From Gekko japonicus (taxonomy: Eukaryota): a DNA stretch of 64,000 nt. Each line of letters opens with the position of its first letter. The stretch's first letter is position 1. The notes under the pieces are model-generated. The model saw nothing but the letters and a program-made list of their open reading frames with translations. It was not told where the DNA came from and searched no databases. The DNA lies in contig NW_015162031.1 in NCBI RefSeq assembly GCF_001447785.1, positions 4,075-68,074 of the forward strand, written 5' to 3'. Made by a program: the position numbers and the translations under genes. Positions 1 to 11,849 of this stretch are shown in pieces.

Positions 1-439
1 AAAGAAATTAAAAATATAAGATAACAGAATAAAACAACAACAATCATGGCAAGTCTACTAATAAGCCTCTATAAATGGATTAGGCCCATAGCCAGAATTT
101 TTTTTTATTCAGGGGGCCTTTAAATAAGTCAGGGGGCACCCCCACACACCCCTGCATACACCCCCAAGGGAGCACCTGGGCTGGATCGGAAGTTGGGGGT
201 CCTTGGCGGTAAGCGAGGGGGNNNNNNNNNNNNNNNNNNNNNNNNNNNNNNNNNNNNNNNNNNNNNNNNNNNNNNNNNNNNNNNNNNNNNNNNNNNNNNN
301 NNNNNNNNNNNNNNNNNNNNNNNNNNNNNNNNNNNNNNNNNNNNNNNNNNNNNNNNNNNNNNNNNNNNNNNNNNNNNNNNNNNNNNNNNNNNNNNNNNNN
401 NNNNNNNNNNNNNNNNNNNNNNNNNNNNNNNNNNNNNNN

Positions 440-2165
440 AGGCAAATAGTTTCAAAGTACATAAGCATCCTAAAAGACCATTGAATATTGACATACAAAA
501 TTGATATGAATCATTACTTCCTCTCAAAAAGACCAAATAACTGGACCAGGCCCAAAGCGTATTTTTAAGAGATAAATCTTGTAAGTTACAGTGCCAACAA
601 TTGGATATTTTAACTAGTCCTTTACTAAAAAGGCTCAGTGGTGTCCAGCATATCCTGAACATAATTTTTCACTGAAGAAATTACAGTTTCAACTTCAAAG
701 AAACAACAGGTTAAAAAAAAAAAATAGGGTCGTATCACTTTGCTTTGACCCAGTAGGGCAATCTAGCTCATTCTATTCATTTCTGAGACTTTACATATCA
801 TATTTATTGAGCAATATCAAATATTTATAGAAAGATATATTAGTCTGCATTGATTCAATGAGAGTTCCCAAGAGTAAGGGAGATTCTGAATCTCTTAGTG
901 CTGCAGGACCATATTTAGATACCAAGAAATGTAGCAGCTGTTAATTGCCATTTGTCGTAGTTTAACAAGTCATATCCAGACCTCAGCTGAGAAGATAACA
1001 AAAAACTTATTCTTACAATCTGTTAATTGGTTCAAAGTAAAATCCCCCCATCTTCTCAAGTCTTCCACTTAAAACAAAACAAAACAAAACTATTCCCAGT
1101 TTTTAGATCAGGATTGGCTCATAGTGTTAGTTTAACACATGGAAATGGGTCACATTAATATTGTCATGACATTATTCACCATAATTCTCAAATTGCAGAA
1201 ACTTTAGGAGAAACAGGATCAATTTTAGCATTAGTAGACCCTAATGCATTCCATTTAAGGAGGGGCACTGGGTAAGAAGCCTGCAAAATAGCCTAAAATG
1301 GATTGTCCAACTGGGAGGTACAATCCCAATAATTAATAGAAGCTGACAAACATGCCTGATGATATAAACCAAGATCAGGAAAGACAAATCCTCCTTCACT
1401 ACATGGGGGCTGCATACTCTTGAAAGAAATCCAAAGAGGTAAGGAACCCCACATAAATTTCCCAAATAAATTAATTCTGTGAATATATCTACAAGATATA
1501 TGAAAAGGAATTGCATATACAACATATATAATCCAAGGTACAGTGTTCATGTTGAGTGTATTTACTTTACCCCATAAAGACAGTTGTAAGATTGCTCATC
1601 TGTCCAAATCCAAGGATATATCAGCAATCATCTTGCTAAAATTTAGTATAACCAGATGCTTACTATCTCTAGGAATCAATATTCCAAGATAAGTAATGAC
1701 ATCTGGGCACTATTACAAGCATAGAGAGTTTCAAGACGGGATTGGATAAACATATGGAACAGAGGTCCACTAGTGGCTATTAGCCACAAGGTATAGATGG
1801 AAAACTATATCTGGGGCCACGATGCTCTGTATTCTTGGATCTTTGGGGGTAACACTTGGAGGGCTTTTGGAGTTCTGGCCCTGCTGGTGGACCTCTTGAT
1901 GACACATGGGTTTTGGAAACTGTGTGACACAGAGTGTTGGACTGGATGGACCACTGGCCTCATCCAACATGGCTACTCTTATGATTTTATGTTCACTGAA
2001 AGTGTCCATCATCAAATACACGTAGTGATATATTGTCTCCCAATGGCATCAACTTAGAGTTTGTTCAGTTAATCAAATAACCAGACAAAGACCAAAAGTA
2101 TTAATCATATTCATTAATACAGGAATGGAAGACTGAGTTTTTCCTGAAGTTCATATCTGTGGCAA
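440..2165 (-). mobile_element. Degraded L1/Tx1-like LINE ORF2 fragment (RT end to C-terminal zinc knuckle), interrupted by a CR1 fragment
   Basis: Minus-strand ORF 129..662 reads FRICWTPLSLFSKGLVKISNCWHCN...LWA, resembling the L1 zf-RVT motif (RWYxTPxRL...CWRC...HxxWxC). A VDD-like RT motif is on the minus strand near 2170. Many stops and frameshifts. Confidence 0.6.
1715..1992 (+). mobile_element. CR1 LINE 3' end
   Basis: Encodes FKTGLDKHMEQRSTSGY* (typical CR1 ORF2 C-terminus), followed by the reptile CR1 3'UTR ...ggactggatggaccactggcctcatccaacatggct..cttatg..ttatg. Confidence 0.75.
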
Positions 2166-5100
2166 ATTATATCATCTACAGTGTTTTTGACCCCATAAAG
2201 ACTCTGAAAGCCCAAACAGAACCAGCAAACTCCCATGATTCAAAGGGATGTCTGGTCTTACCAACAGGGTTGGGAATGGATCAGATGAGGCAGTTTCAAA
2301 AGAAAAGTTGCTTCAGATACTCTGTCAGGAGAAGCTGTTTGTGGGAAGAATCTGTTTCTCAAGAGATAATTTGATTTCAGCAAGAAACTGGGTTCTACTG
2401 ACAGCTTCATTTCAGCTGTCTTCGGGGTACTTGCTTGCACTTGTATTCTGTGGGGAGGGGAAGGAGGAGGAGGAGAAGAATCTCCAAATATTATCCTGTT
2501 TGTGTTCTTAACTCTTGTCACCTGCTCACTTTGTTTTGCTGTTTTGGGGAAAGCATTGAAGAAAGGACCAACAGAGCAGATTTGAATCATTAAGCAGAAG
2601 TAACTTGATTTTAAGGGGATAAGAAGTATATCTTTTTTAAAAACAAAGAGACAAAAAAAACATATTTTTGAAGGTTAACATCTCCTTTAAGCTTTCTGTA
2701 CCAAACATAAACAAAGAACGTCCCAATCCTCAATCAGTGTCAAGCACCCTGTGGGTGGGTGGCTGTGGGCCAGGCATCCTCATCCTTCCTCACAGAGTAA
2801 TTGTGAGGATAAAATAGAGAAGAGGAGAACCTTGTTGGTAGTTCTAGCTCTTTTTCAAAAAAGAAAGGATTGAAAAAATAAGAAATAAAGGGTTGGCAAG
2901 TGGGGCTCTGAGTGTTTTGGGGGTGTTTCTCTGCTAATCAGTCTTGAAAAGCTTTGTAGTTTGGGGGAAGGGAGTTGACAATTTACTAACAGTTTTTTTA
3001 AAAAAATAAAAAGGTTAATGAATTTATATCTCCTGGAACTTTGCCCTTCTAGCTTGCAATTGGGCTTGAAATACGTTTACTCAGAAGGAAGTAAATTGAG
3101 CATAATTTACTTCCAACTAATTGGGCATAGCAATGGAGCTGGAGGGCCTTAGTTTTTCCCCCTGCAAATATTTCCACTAACCACTTGACTGGGTTGGATA
3201 GAAAGGAATCAACTATACATCAGATATCTTGCCAGTATAGGCAAATGCCTCTTTGTTTTAAAAGATTATTAGAATTTAAGAGTCTCTTCAATTACAAGCC
3301 AGAACAATAATAATAATATCAACAATGTAGAAGCCTTTGAGCTGGCTTAATTGAAGTCTTAATTGAACATTAGTTTGAAATGATTGTGGCTTTTGAATTA
3401 TTATTCTTTAGAAACAAATATGTGTTACATCAACCGAACTTCATTCCAGCACAGTCTCTGGCTTCTGTAGATCATTAGAATCCCCATACATCATTGAAAC
3501 GGTTCAACAGGAGTGCTTTAAAAATGAAAATGGGTTTACAAATCTGCAACACGTTGTCCATACAGTGTTGTACAGTAGCAAAAAGTGGATTAAATCCTTG
3601 GTTAGCTTCAAAATTCATTTGGTAATCCTGATCAACTCATTATATCTCAGTTTAGATTACTTTACAGGGCTGGTTGATGGGTAAAAATTAACTTCCTAAC
3701 AGAGCACACAGTAACCTAGAAAATTGTTCTTTAGACCCTTGAACATTGTGCTTTCCCCATCCTTTTTATACTCAGAACAACAATCCTGTAAGGTACTTTA
3801 GGCTGAGTGAGTGGCCCAAGGTCACCCACTCAGCTTCTGTGGCAGAGTAGAGATTCAAATGTGAGTCTTCTAGATCCTAATACAACACTATACCTTCCTG
3901 GACTATTTCATTTCATGGTAACAGTGGGAAGGTATAAACCTCCTTCTGCATGTGGGACATGATCATAATCTGGAGCAGAAACCATGTACATGGGAACTGA
4001 GGACAACAGACAAGGCAATTATGACTTTGAAAGCAGCTCCCAACCTGTGAGCTCTCTCTTATGGACACCCGTGAGCCTTTATTGAGAAGCCACCAATATG
4101 CGAAAACTGGAACATTTAATTTATGTCTGTATTTTCATTCATTCCAGGGAAGACTGTGGAGCTGAGAAACCTTAAAGGCAAAGTAAGAATACTAAAAGAA
4201 TAAAGTAGGGATTAAAAGAATAAAGACTGCTCAGGATATCTGTAGAGTAGACCTTACCATTTTCCTTCATGTTGTCTTGAATCTTGAGGTGCAGGTTTCC
4301 TTGTGCTTCTCTGAAATCATCCATTTCACCATATTATTTATAAACTAACTATTCAGATGCCGACAACATTGTGGGGGAAAAAATATTCCCAAGTGCTGCA
4401 GAGTAGTCCGAGAGATTTGCTCTCACGAGTGTAGCACAAAACTGAAGACTCCCCCCCCTGCTCAAAAAATTTACTGTTCTTCTAGTGTAACTTCTGTTTC
4501 AGATTCTCGAAAGAAATTCAAGCAGGACGTTTGCAAAATCTGATTCACTGTACTTGCATGAGAACAGGAGTACACCTGATGTCAGAAATGCCTGCAATTG
4601 CCACTTCCAGCTCAAGTTGGTAATAAATTCCCATAGCCTACTGCATGGGGGAATTAATATGCCTGTGACAGATGGAATAGGGAAAATGCATCTACAGGGG
4701 AACAAGACCAAGAGAGATGGCCCTGGTCTGTCTTATGCATATAGTCACAGTGCCTGCATACATACAAGATATATGTATGTTGTTTACATGTGCCCATTCT
4801 CATGCAACCATGCCTAAGTGAGGACAAGGCCAGTGGCTTCAGTGCAGGGCTGAGGTCAGCATACCCTGAGGTGGGGCAGCTGCTAAGGCTTTGGGCTTTT
4901 GGTGAGGCCCACTGTGACTGACCCCCCTCACCATATGCCCTTCCCTGCCATATTGACTTGCAAGTGCTTCACCACTCACACTTCTGGCTTCCAGGAATTC
5001 ATAAAGTGGTACATGTGGGTGGTTCAGAAACAGGGATGGGCATGAACTGAAAAAATGACATTGTAACATAATTTATTCATATTTGTTTAATTATTAAAAC

Positions 5101-5200
5101 TTTTATATTGTTCAATATGTTGTCGAAGGCTTTCACAGCCAGAGTTCATTAGCTTTTTTAGATTTTCCGGGTTGTATGGCTGAGGTCTTAGCATTGTAGG

Positions 5201-5245
5201 ACCTGATGTTTCACCAGTAGCTGTGACTGGCATCCTCAGAGTATA
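5201..5245 (-). ncRNA. Second hammerhead ribozyme motif in the inverted pseudo-LTR
   Basis: Reverse complement reads tatactCTGAGGAtgccagtcacagctactggtGAAAcATCaggt. One C is missing from the stem I 5' arm relative to the other copy. Confidence 0.6.
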
Positions 5246-6054
5246 ACACAGAAAGATGGAGTCAAGGTGAGAAGAAAAGTGGTAGGCAGGTAATTTATAT
5301 CTACTCAGGAAGCTGGGGTAGGGCTGAGTCATTATTTTGCAGGAGTTCCCCCGGCTGTGAACATGCTAATGGAGGAGCTTTCCTGAGGAGGTTCTTTTGT
5401 ATATGGATTGTTTCCTGAGGAGGTTTCCTGTTTCCTCAGGAGGTTTTTTGTATGTGGATTCTAATCTTATCTGTAGCGGTATTGTCAGATGTAGAGCCTT
5501 TTGTGTTTTTCAGGACAGGAAACCATGCCCTATTTATTTTTAAACTCTCTTCTTTCCTGTTGAACTTGTGTTTATGTTTATGAATTTCAATGGCTTCCCT
5601 GTGTAATCTGGCATAGTAATTGGATGTGTTGTCTAGCCTTTCAGTGTCTTGGAACAAAATACTGTGTCCTGTTTGAGTTAGGCTATGTTCAGCCACTGCT
5701 GATTTTTCAGGTTGGCCAAATCTGCAGTGTCTTTCATGTTCTTTTATTCTTGTCTGAATGCTACTCTGTGTGGTCCCGATGTAAACCTGTCCACAACTGC
5801 ATGGCATGCGGTATACTCCAGCAGAAGTGAGGGGGTCTCTTCTGTCTTTTGCCGATTGTAGCATCTATTGTATTTTTCTGGTGGGTCTGAATACTGTTTG
5901 TAGAACCTTCTCAGGAAATCTCCTCCATTAGCATGTTCACAGTCTGGGAAACTCCAACAAGAGAATGACTCAGCCCTACTCCACCTTCCTGAATAGATAT
6001 AAATTACCTGCCTACCATTTTTCTTCTCACCTTGACTCCATCTTTCTGTGTTAT

Positions 6055-6097
6055 ACCTCTGAGGATGCCAGTCACAGCTACTGGTGAAACATCAGGT
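6055..6097 (+). ncRNA. Minimal type I hammerhead ribozyme motif in Penelope pseudo-LTR
   Basis: ACCT-CTGAGGA-T-GCCAGT(cacagct)ACTGGT-GAAAC-ATC-AGGT gives stem I, CUGAnGA core, stem II, GAAA and an NUH site. Confidence 0.7.
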
Positions 6098-6231
6098 CCT
6101 ACAATGCCAAGAACACAGTCATACAACCCAGAAAATCCACAACAGCTAATTTATATTGTTCCTTTTCTCTTGGTTCAAGATTGGTTACAGTCCTAATTAA
6201 AACATCCCCAGCTAAAACCAAACATAAGGTA

Positions 6232-6512
6232 GTAGAAGAGAAGAGATTGGATTTATACCCCGCCCTTCACTACCCAAAGGTGTCTCAGAGCAGCTTACAC
6301 ATTCCTTTCCCTTCCCCTCCCCACAACAGAAATCCTGTGAGGTAGGTGGGGCTGAGAGAGCTCTGACAGAAACTGCTCTTTTTCAAGAACAGCTCTTATC
6401 AGAACTATGGCTTGCCCAAGGTCATCCAGCCAGGTGCAAGTGGAGGAGTGGGGAATCAAACCCGATTCTCCAGGATCAGAGTCCGCGCACTTAACCACTA
6501 CACCAAATGAAC
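6232..6512 (-). mobile_element. tRNA-derived squamate SINE (Squam3-like)
   Basis: Minus strand starts TTTGGTGTAGTGGTTAAGTGCGCGGACTC (A box)...GGTTTGATTCCC (B box) and ends gggcggggtataaatcca plus a (tcttc)-type tail. Confidence 0.8.
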
Positions 6513-6599
6513 TACACCAAAGCCCCAAAGCCCTCCTCGCTTAAAATATGTCTTCCATCCAAACTCCCTCAGTCTTCAACCTCCATCCATTCCTCATGT

Positions 6600-6753
6600 C
6601 TTAAGACTCACTTTTTCTTCCAAAAAAAGTGGGAGGAAAAGTGAGTGCGTCTTATGGACCGAAGGTTCAGAATATTTTTCCCCCTGTTTTCCTCCTTTAA
6701 AAACTAGGTGCGTTTTAAGGTCAGGTGCGTCTTATGGTCCGAAAAATACGGTA
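6600..6753. mobile_element. Tc1/mariner (Tigger-like) non-autonomous DNA transposon fragment
   Basis: Repeated gtgcgtcttatgg motifs and a terminus ...tccgaaaaatacggTA. Absent from duplication copy B. Confidence 0.55.
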
Positions 6754-8114
6754 ATTCTCTCTCTGTTTGCTATATCTGCACTTATAGGAGCTTTAATAAT
6801 CCAGACAAGTGCAAGCATATGAATGAGAGAATGGGGAGATTCCTAAAGGATTCCCAATCCCTGCCAGCTATCTGATGCCATCCTTCCTACAAAAACATCC
6901 AAAACTCTTTTAGGGCTTCTTCTTGCCCTGGAAATGGAAGGTTAATCCAACCAAGGAAGCAGTGGCAAAGATTGTGACAGGAGCAGTGGGAGTCAGTTCA
7001 TCACAGTGACCCTTTTTGAACTTTTGACTTGTGATCCAGAGAGATGGTGAGCAGAAGAACACAGGAAGTGAGAAGACAGCTGCTGTTCTCACAAGCCAAC
7101 AAAATATGACTATACCAAGGGGTGGGGGATCACAGAGAACACTGATTTTTCCCCATTATCAAGTTTGCAAGTGCACCTTGTGGCCCAGTGTCCTTCTGTA
7201 CTATTGATCCCCGTGGTATTAGAATCCATATTACTGATTTTGGGAGGGATTCCACCAACTTTTCCAGTCTATCTTGCACAATTTCCATCCACATTACATA
7301 CCCTAATGAACACAACTGTTGCCCATGCAGATCCTATGATCCCCAGCATCCCTTTTGGTGAGGTCAAAGGGAATCTCTCTTCTCTTTTTTTTTACATATG
7401 GAAAAGCTGGTTGGACCCAACCCCTTATTCAGACATGGTTGTTTATATTACCAGTGTTACCTAGAATCTGTTGGATAGATTGAACAGAAAAACAGTGACA
7501 AAAATCAGTACCATGAAGTTCACTGTCATTATGACTTGAGATGTATTTTACTTATTTAGTACATTTTTATCTCACCCTTCCCCCAAGGAGCTCAGTGTTC
7601 TCCCCTCAGCCATTTTACCTCAGAACAACTCAGTGAGGTAGGTTAGTCTGAAATTAAATAAGTGGGCCAAAGTCAACCACTAAGTTTCATGACAAGCAGG
7701 GATCCAACCCTGGGTCTCCTTGGTCCTAGTCCAACATCGCTACACCACACAGCTTTTATTACAACGCCTTCAATATAATTGCATTCATCAAAAATTTTCT
7801 GCCATCTTTTCATAGAGAACAGTTTCATCAATCATAGTTCTTTTTTTACTTATTTCCATGCACAGCAGCAAATTAGATGTACTTCAGGCAAAACTAAAAG
7901 AGCATAGATCAGCTTGCATGTGATGTGAGAAAAGCAGGCTTGCCAATGAAGGCTTGCCAATGGAGGAACATGAATGTACCCTGTAATACAGAAGGCATTT
8001 CATTACTGTCAGAATAAAGGCATAAATGTTTTCCAGAAGTTCCTGTGTTTGCAATAAACTACATACAGCTTTCAGTCCATACGTAAAGAAGAAAACCGTA
8101 GAAGTGTTAGAAGG

Positions 8115-9032
8115 CTACCTTAAACTTAATAGTTTTTTCACGCCAACTTTGATCTCTTGATTTCTCATGCTGTAGATCAAAGGATTCAGCATGGGTGGAA
8201 TCATGGAATATATCACAGATAATATTAAATCAAGATGGGAAGGGGTTTTTGAATTCATCCTCAGGTAGACAAAGGATCCAGTGAGTATTAATGTGGAGAA
8301 GACCATGAGGTGGGGAAGACATGTTGAGAAGGCTTTGTTTCTTCCCTGCACAGAAGGGATTCTAAGCACCACAATGAAGATATGTATATAAGTTACAATA
8401 ATGAAGATAAAACACCCAAACTCTAGGATGACACTTAACACAATCACCCCAAGCTCAATGCGGTATGAATCAGAACAAGCAAGCTTAAGTAACTGTGGTA
8501 TTTCACAGAAGAACTGATTAACAATGTTAGAGCAGAAGGAAATTGTGAAGGTACCACTGGTGTGCAATGCTCCATAGAGAAGACCGCTGATCCATGTGGT
8601 GACAACCATTTTAATACAATCCCTCATGTTCATTATCATTTCATATTGGAACGGATTGCAAATGGCAACATACCGATCGTACGCCATGACTGTGAGGAGG
8701 AAAATATCAGACGCTATAAAGAAAACAATAAAGAACACTTGAGTAACACACCCAGCGTAAGAAATGTGTCTGGTATTCATGAGGGAATTCATCATGGATT
8801 TGGGGACAATGACTGAAATTTCACCAAGGTCCTGCATGGCCAAGTTCATGAGAAAGAAATACATAGGGGTGTGCAGATGATGATCAAAGGCTATTGTAAA
8901 GATGATGAGAAGGTTCCCAGTAAGAGTTGCCACATACAATAAAAGGAACACAAGAAAGTGCAGAATCTGTAGTTCCCAAACCTCTGAGAATTCCAGGAGC
9001 AGAAAGTCAGATCCTGAAGTGTTGCTGGACAT
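8115..9032 (-). CDS. Olfactory receptor, family 14-like (intact, 305 aa from MSSNTSG)
   Basis: LHTPMYFFL, MAYDRYVAICNP, FFCEIP, KAFSTCLPHL and PMLNPLIYSMRN motifs, with an N-terminal NTS sequon. The ORF extends upstream to 9083, but splice-acceptor-like sequences at about 9061 and 9085 suggest ATG 9032. Confidence 0.95.
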   Translation of the reverse strand: MSSNTSGSDFLLLEFSEVWELQILHFLVFLLLYVATLTGNLLIIFTIAFDHHLHTPMYFFLMNLAMQDLGEISVIVPKSMMNSLMNTRHISYAGCVTQVFFIVFFIASDIFLLTVMAYDRYVAICNPFQYEMIMNMRDCIKMVVTTWISGLLYGALHTSGTFTISFCSNIVNQFFCEIPQLLKLACSDSYRIELGVIVLSVILEFGCFIFIIVTYIHIFIVVLRIPSVQGRNKAFSTCLPHLMVFSTLILTGSFVYLRMNSKTPSHLDLILSVIYSMIPPMLNPLIYSMRNQEIKVGVKKLLSLR

Positions 9033-10301
9033 TTTGCACTCACTACAAATTACATTCTGCCTGTGGAAGGAAATGGAATGCAAACTGTAAAAAATACAGT
9101 TCCATTGAGTAATGAGTTAAGCTGCATTTCTAAAACTGGGTGATGAGGATGAAACATATTTCTAGTTTGCTCATTAAAATTAATACCAAGACCAAAACTG
9201 CCATCCTCATTCAGTGATGGACGAAAGTGAAGTCAAGTCCCTTCTGCCTTATAGCTAGCTTGTAGGGGTTTTAAATCAAGAAATGAACAGAGACAGTTTG
9301 CTATTGCCTACTTCTGCATAACAACCGTGGAGTTTGCTATTGCCTTCCTCTGCATAACAACCATGGAGTTTCTTAATGGTTTCTCATCCAAATACTAACC
9401 AGGGTTTACCCTGATTATCTCCTGAGATACATTCAGCACCTTCTCCTTTAGGTACTCCATGTGCAGAGTCTTCCTTTAACCTCCCCTCATTTTAATAATT
9501 TCATTTTGGATGAAAATGAATTACTAATGACTGGGACAATGAGACATCCCTGCCTGGGTTGTATCCGGGCATTTGTTCTGTTGGTGCAAAAGTGAGAAGG
9601 GATCATCCTTGACCTGACAAAAGGCTATGCTGTGGCTCATGGGATCTGCTTGTACAGAACTAATGTGTGATGGGGTATGTAGAGCTGGGGGAAGTGGCAA
9701 TGGTTTTCTAAGTAAACAAATGTAATGTGGGATGGAGGGGATTTTCACAGGACTGAGCAAAAACCCCTGGAAGGATTCAGTCCTTCGTCTTCTAATTTTC
9801 CACAAATAACATCACATGGCATAGTCCTTAACCAGGCAGTCACATCATTTCTCTGTCCCTGTACATTTGGCGGAGGGGATCAGTTTCAGATTTTGAAAAT
9901 TATACAGAGTTGGATCCAGCTAGCTGGACCAGTTCGCTTCCCTCCATCTTTTAAAAGGCTGAACTGATTAAAACATTATGAAGAAAAATGGGTGCATTCA
10001 CCATATATTTTCAGCAAACTTATTCTCCACTTGTTTCTGTCCCACGGCTTTGATGCAATATGAGGAACTAGGCAGAAAAAATAGAGGAATCCCTTAATCC
10101 TAATCAAATGGTGCCTCTGTGTGTCCAATCTTTCTATTAATCTTTCTATTGACATACATTAACTTTCCATTAAAGTATACAGACTTTCATTTTTGAAGTA
10201 GAACTTGTAATTGTTCTTAAAACAACTTATTACTTTACTTTGGGGGGGAGGGAACTATTGTAAAACCTGGTCTGTTTGAGCACTCAGACTCCTAATCTTA
10301 A

Positions 10302-10333
<32 letters not shown>

Positions 10334-11354
10334 TATTATTGTTTTATTCCTAAACAGAAATATTATCAATATATGCAATGTTCAAAATAATGGGTTAGGT
10401 CCAACCCACTTTCATATTGGTGCAAGGAAAGAAGGGTCTAATTTGAACACCAAAAGAGGCTATGCTTGGGATGATGAGATTCATGGACAAAAGCCATGAG
10501 GGATTAATGAGGAAAAGCAAGTGAGACTGAGCACAAAAACTGTCTGGATCCAACCCAATGAGAACAAATGCCACATATGAAAGTAAATATCATAAAAATG
10601 TGAAACTAGTAACTGGATAATGGATGATCTGTGGAAGTTAATGGTGTACATATCATAAGTACTTGCTACAATTCTGTTAAAAACGCTTGAAATTATGGAT
10701 GCTATCAGATTTCTCAAGCTTGCTGAAATGATGTGAAAAGCCTCACTTAGATTTTGCTTCTCTTCTACATGGGAAGAATTTATGAGCTTTTCACATTTTC
10801 ATGCGATTTTTATTTCTTCATAACGAATATATAGATTTGTCTATGTTATTACCATCATTAAATTGTGTCATGGTAATTATATGTTCATTATATGTGTAAC
10901 TGATGTTCATAGTATATATAAATACCACATAAATCGGGTGATAATGAGTAAAATCCATCCACAAAGATAATATATTGTTGATTGAAAGGTGATTAATAAT
11001 TTAACTGCATACATAAAATCTATAGAAACAAAAAGTAATATTCATCTATCCCATTGACTGCCAAACTTTTAACTGTTCCTGGGGTGTTTCCCCTCCCTCC
11101 CCTTACATATGGGTTTGATCCAAGCGATTTTTCTGCTGGTGAAAAGGGGATGAGGGCATCCCCTTTGCCCACCATAAAGGCTATACCTGGAGATCATGGG
11201 ACCCGCGCAGGCAAAAGCTATGTGGGTAATTAAGGAAGGCCTTTGGGTGAGAATGAACAAAAACCCTGTTTGAATCCAATCCCAAATATGCATCTCAGCA
11301 CTGTAGCATCATTTTTTTCTTTATACATGGTGATTGCTAAGCTCGCAGGTGTAT

Positions 11355-11590
11355 AAACAACTTACTCTTTTTCTTTATAGATGTTTGAATCTCCGGGTGT
11401 ATTTTCTTCTACAGCCACTGCCCAGAATTGTGTACTTCTCCAGCCAATGTAACTTCATGAATATCTTTCTGTCTCCCACACTTGAAGAAAAGGTCTGTAT
11501 ATACTAGCAGTGAGAAGTTTTTGCCATGGGATGGAAGAATATTAATATACATAATTTCGTTTCTGGAAATTAGCTCTCAGGAGACCATCC
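11355..11590 (-). promoter_or_regulatory. Putative OR promoter and non-coding first exon
   Basis: GTAAGT donor on the minus strand at 11365-11360, TATATA at 11498-11503, O/E-like tgccatggga at 11522-11531, TAAT cores nearby. The block is unusually conserved in the paralog at 20120-20350. Confidence 0.5.
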
Positions 11591-11849
11591 TATGACTTTG
11601 TGCAACAATATCTAATCATATATGATGAGAAACACCTAGGGGAGCAAGTCATTGCTATTGTTAGAAGTTCAGCATACCATACTGTTGTTGGCAGTGCCCT
11701 CTTACACTGCTGTGTAGTAGGGAAACCACTATTACAGTCCTACCAGTGTAATGGAATAGTATATTACAGTGTAGTGCTGTATGTCACAGATTTAAATGTC
11801 ATAAAGTTGGGGGAGGTCACATGGGACACTTATTGACTACAAGAGTTGG

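Larger units (their letters stand above)
5114..6149 (-). mobile_element. Penelope-like element (5'-truncated) with GIY-YIG endonuclease fragment and inverted pseudo-LTRs
   Basis: ORF 5436..5864 reads GVYRMPCSCGQVYIGTT...RIKEH...SAVAEH...REAIEI...FNR, a PLE GIY-YIG domain. 5150-5395 is the reverse complement of 5903-6147. The element is flanked by 12-bp direct repeats TTTATATTGTTC (5102-5113, 6150-6161). Confidence 0.9.
2560..11830. repeat. Tandem segmental duplication, copy A (OR gene plus flanks)
   Basis: Colinear with 13985-20770. Anchors: gaccaacagagcagatttgaat (2566/13988), ctcaggatatctgtagagtagacct (4230/15638), aattctctctctgtttg (6753/16734), OR CDS, and 11320-11590/20085-20350. Confidence 0.9.

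Noticed and set aside
80-662. Long ORFs full of X (also 15692-16171, 35916-36263, 40821-41774)
   Set aside because: Artefacts of reading through N gaps.
6440-6512. tRNA-like sequences (also 38040-38115)
   Set aside because: SINE heads attached to SINE bodies, not stand-alone tRNA genes.
8562-9112. Antisense ORFs overlapping OR genes (also 18962, 26479, 32886, 53397, 60839)
   Set aside because: Shadow ORFs of conserved OR coding sequence. Their mutual similarity just reflects OR paralogy.
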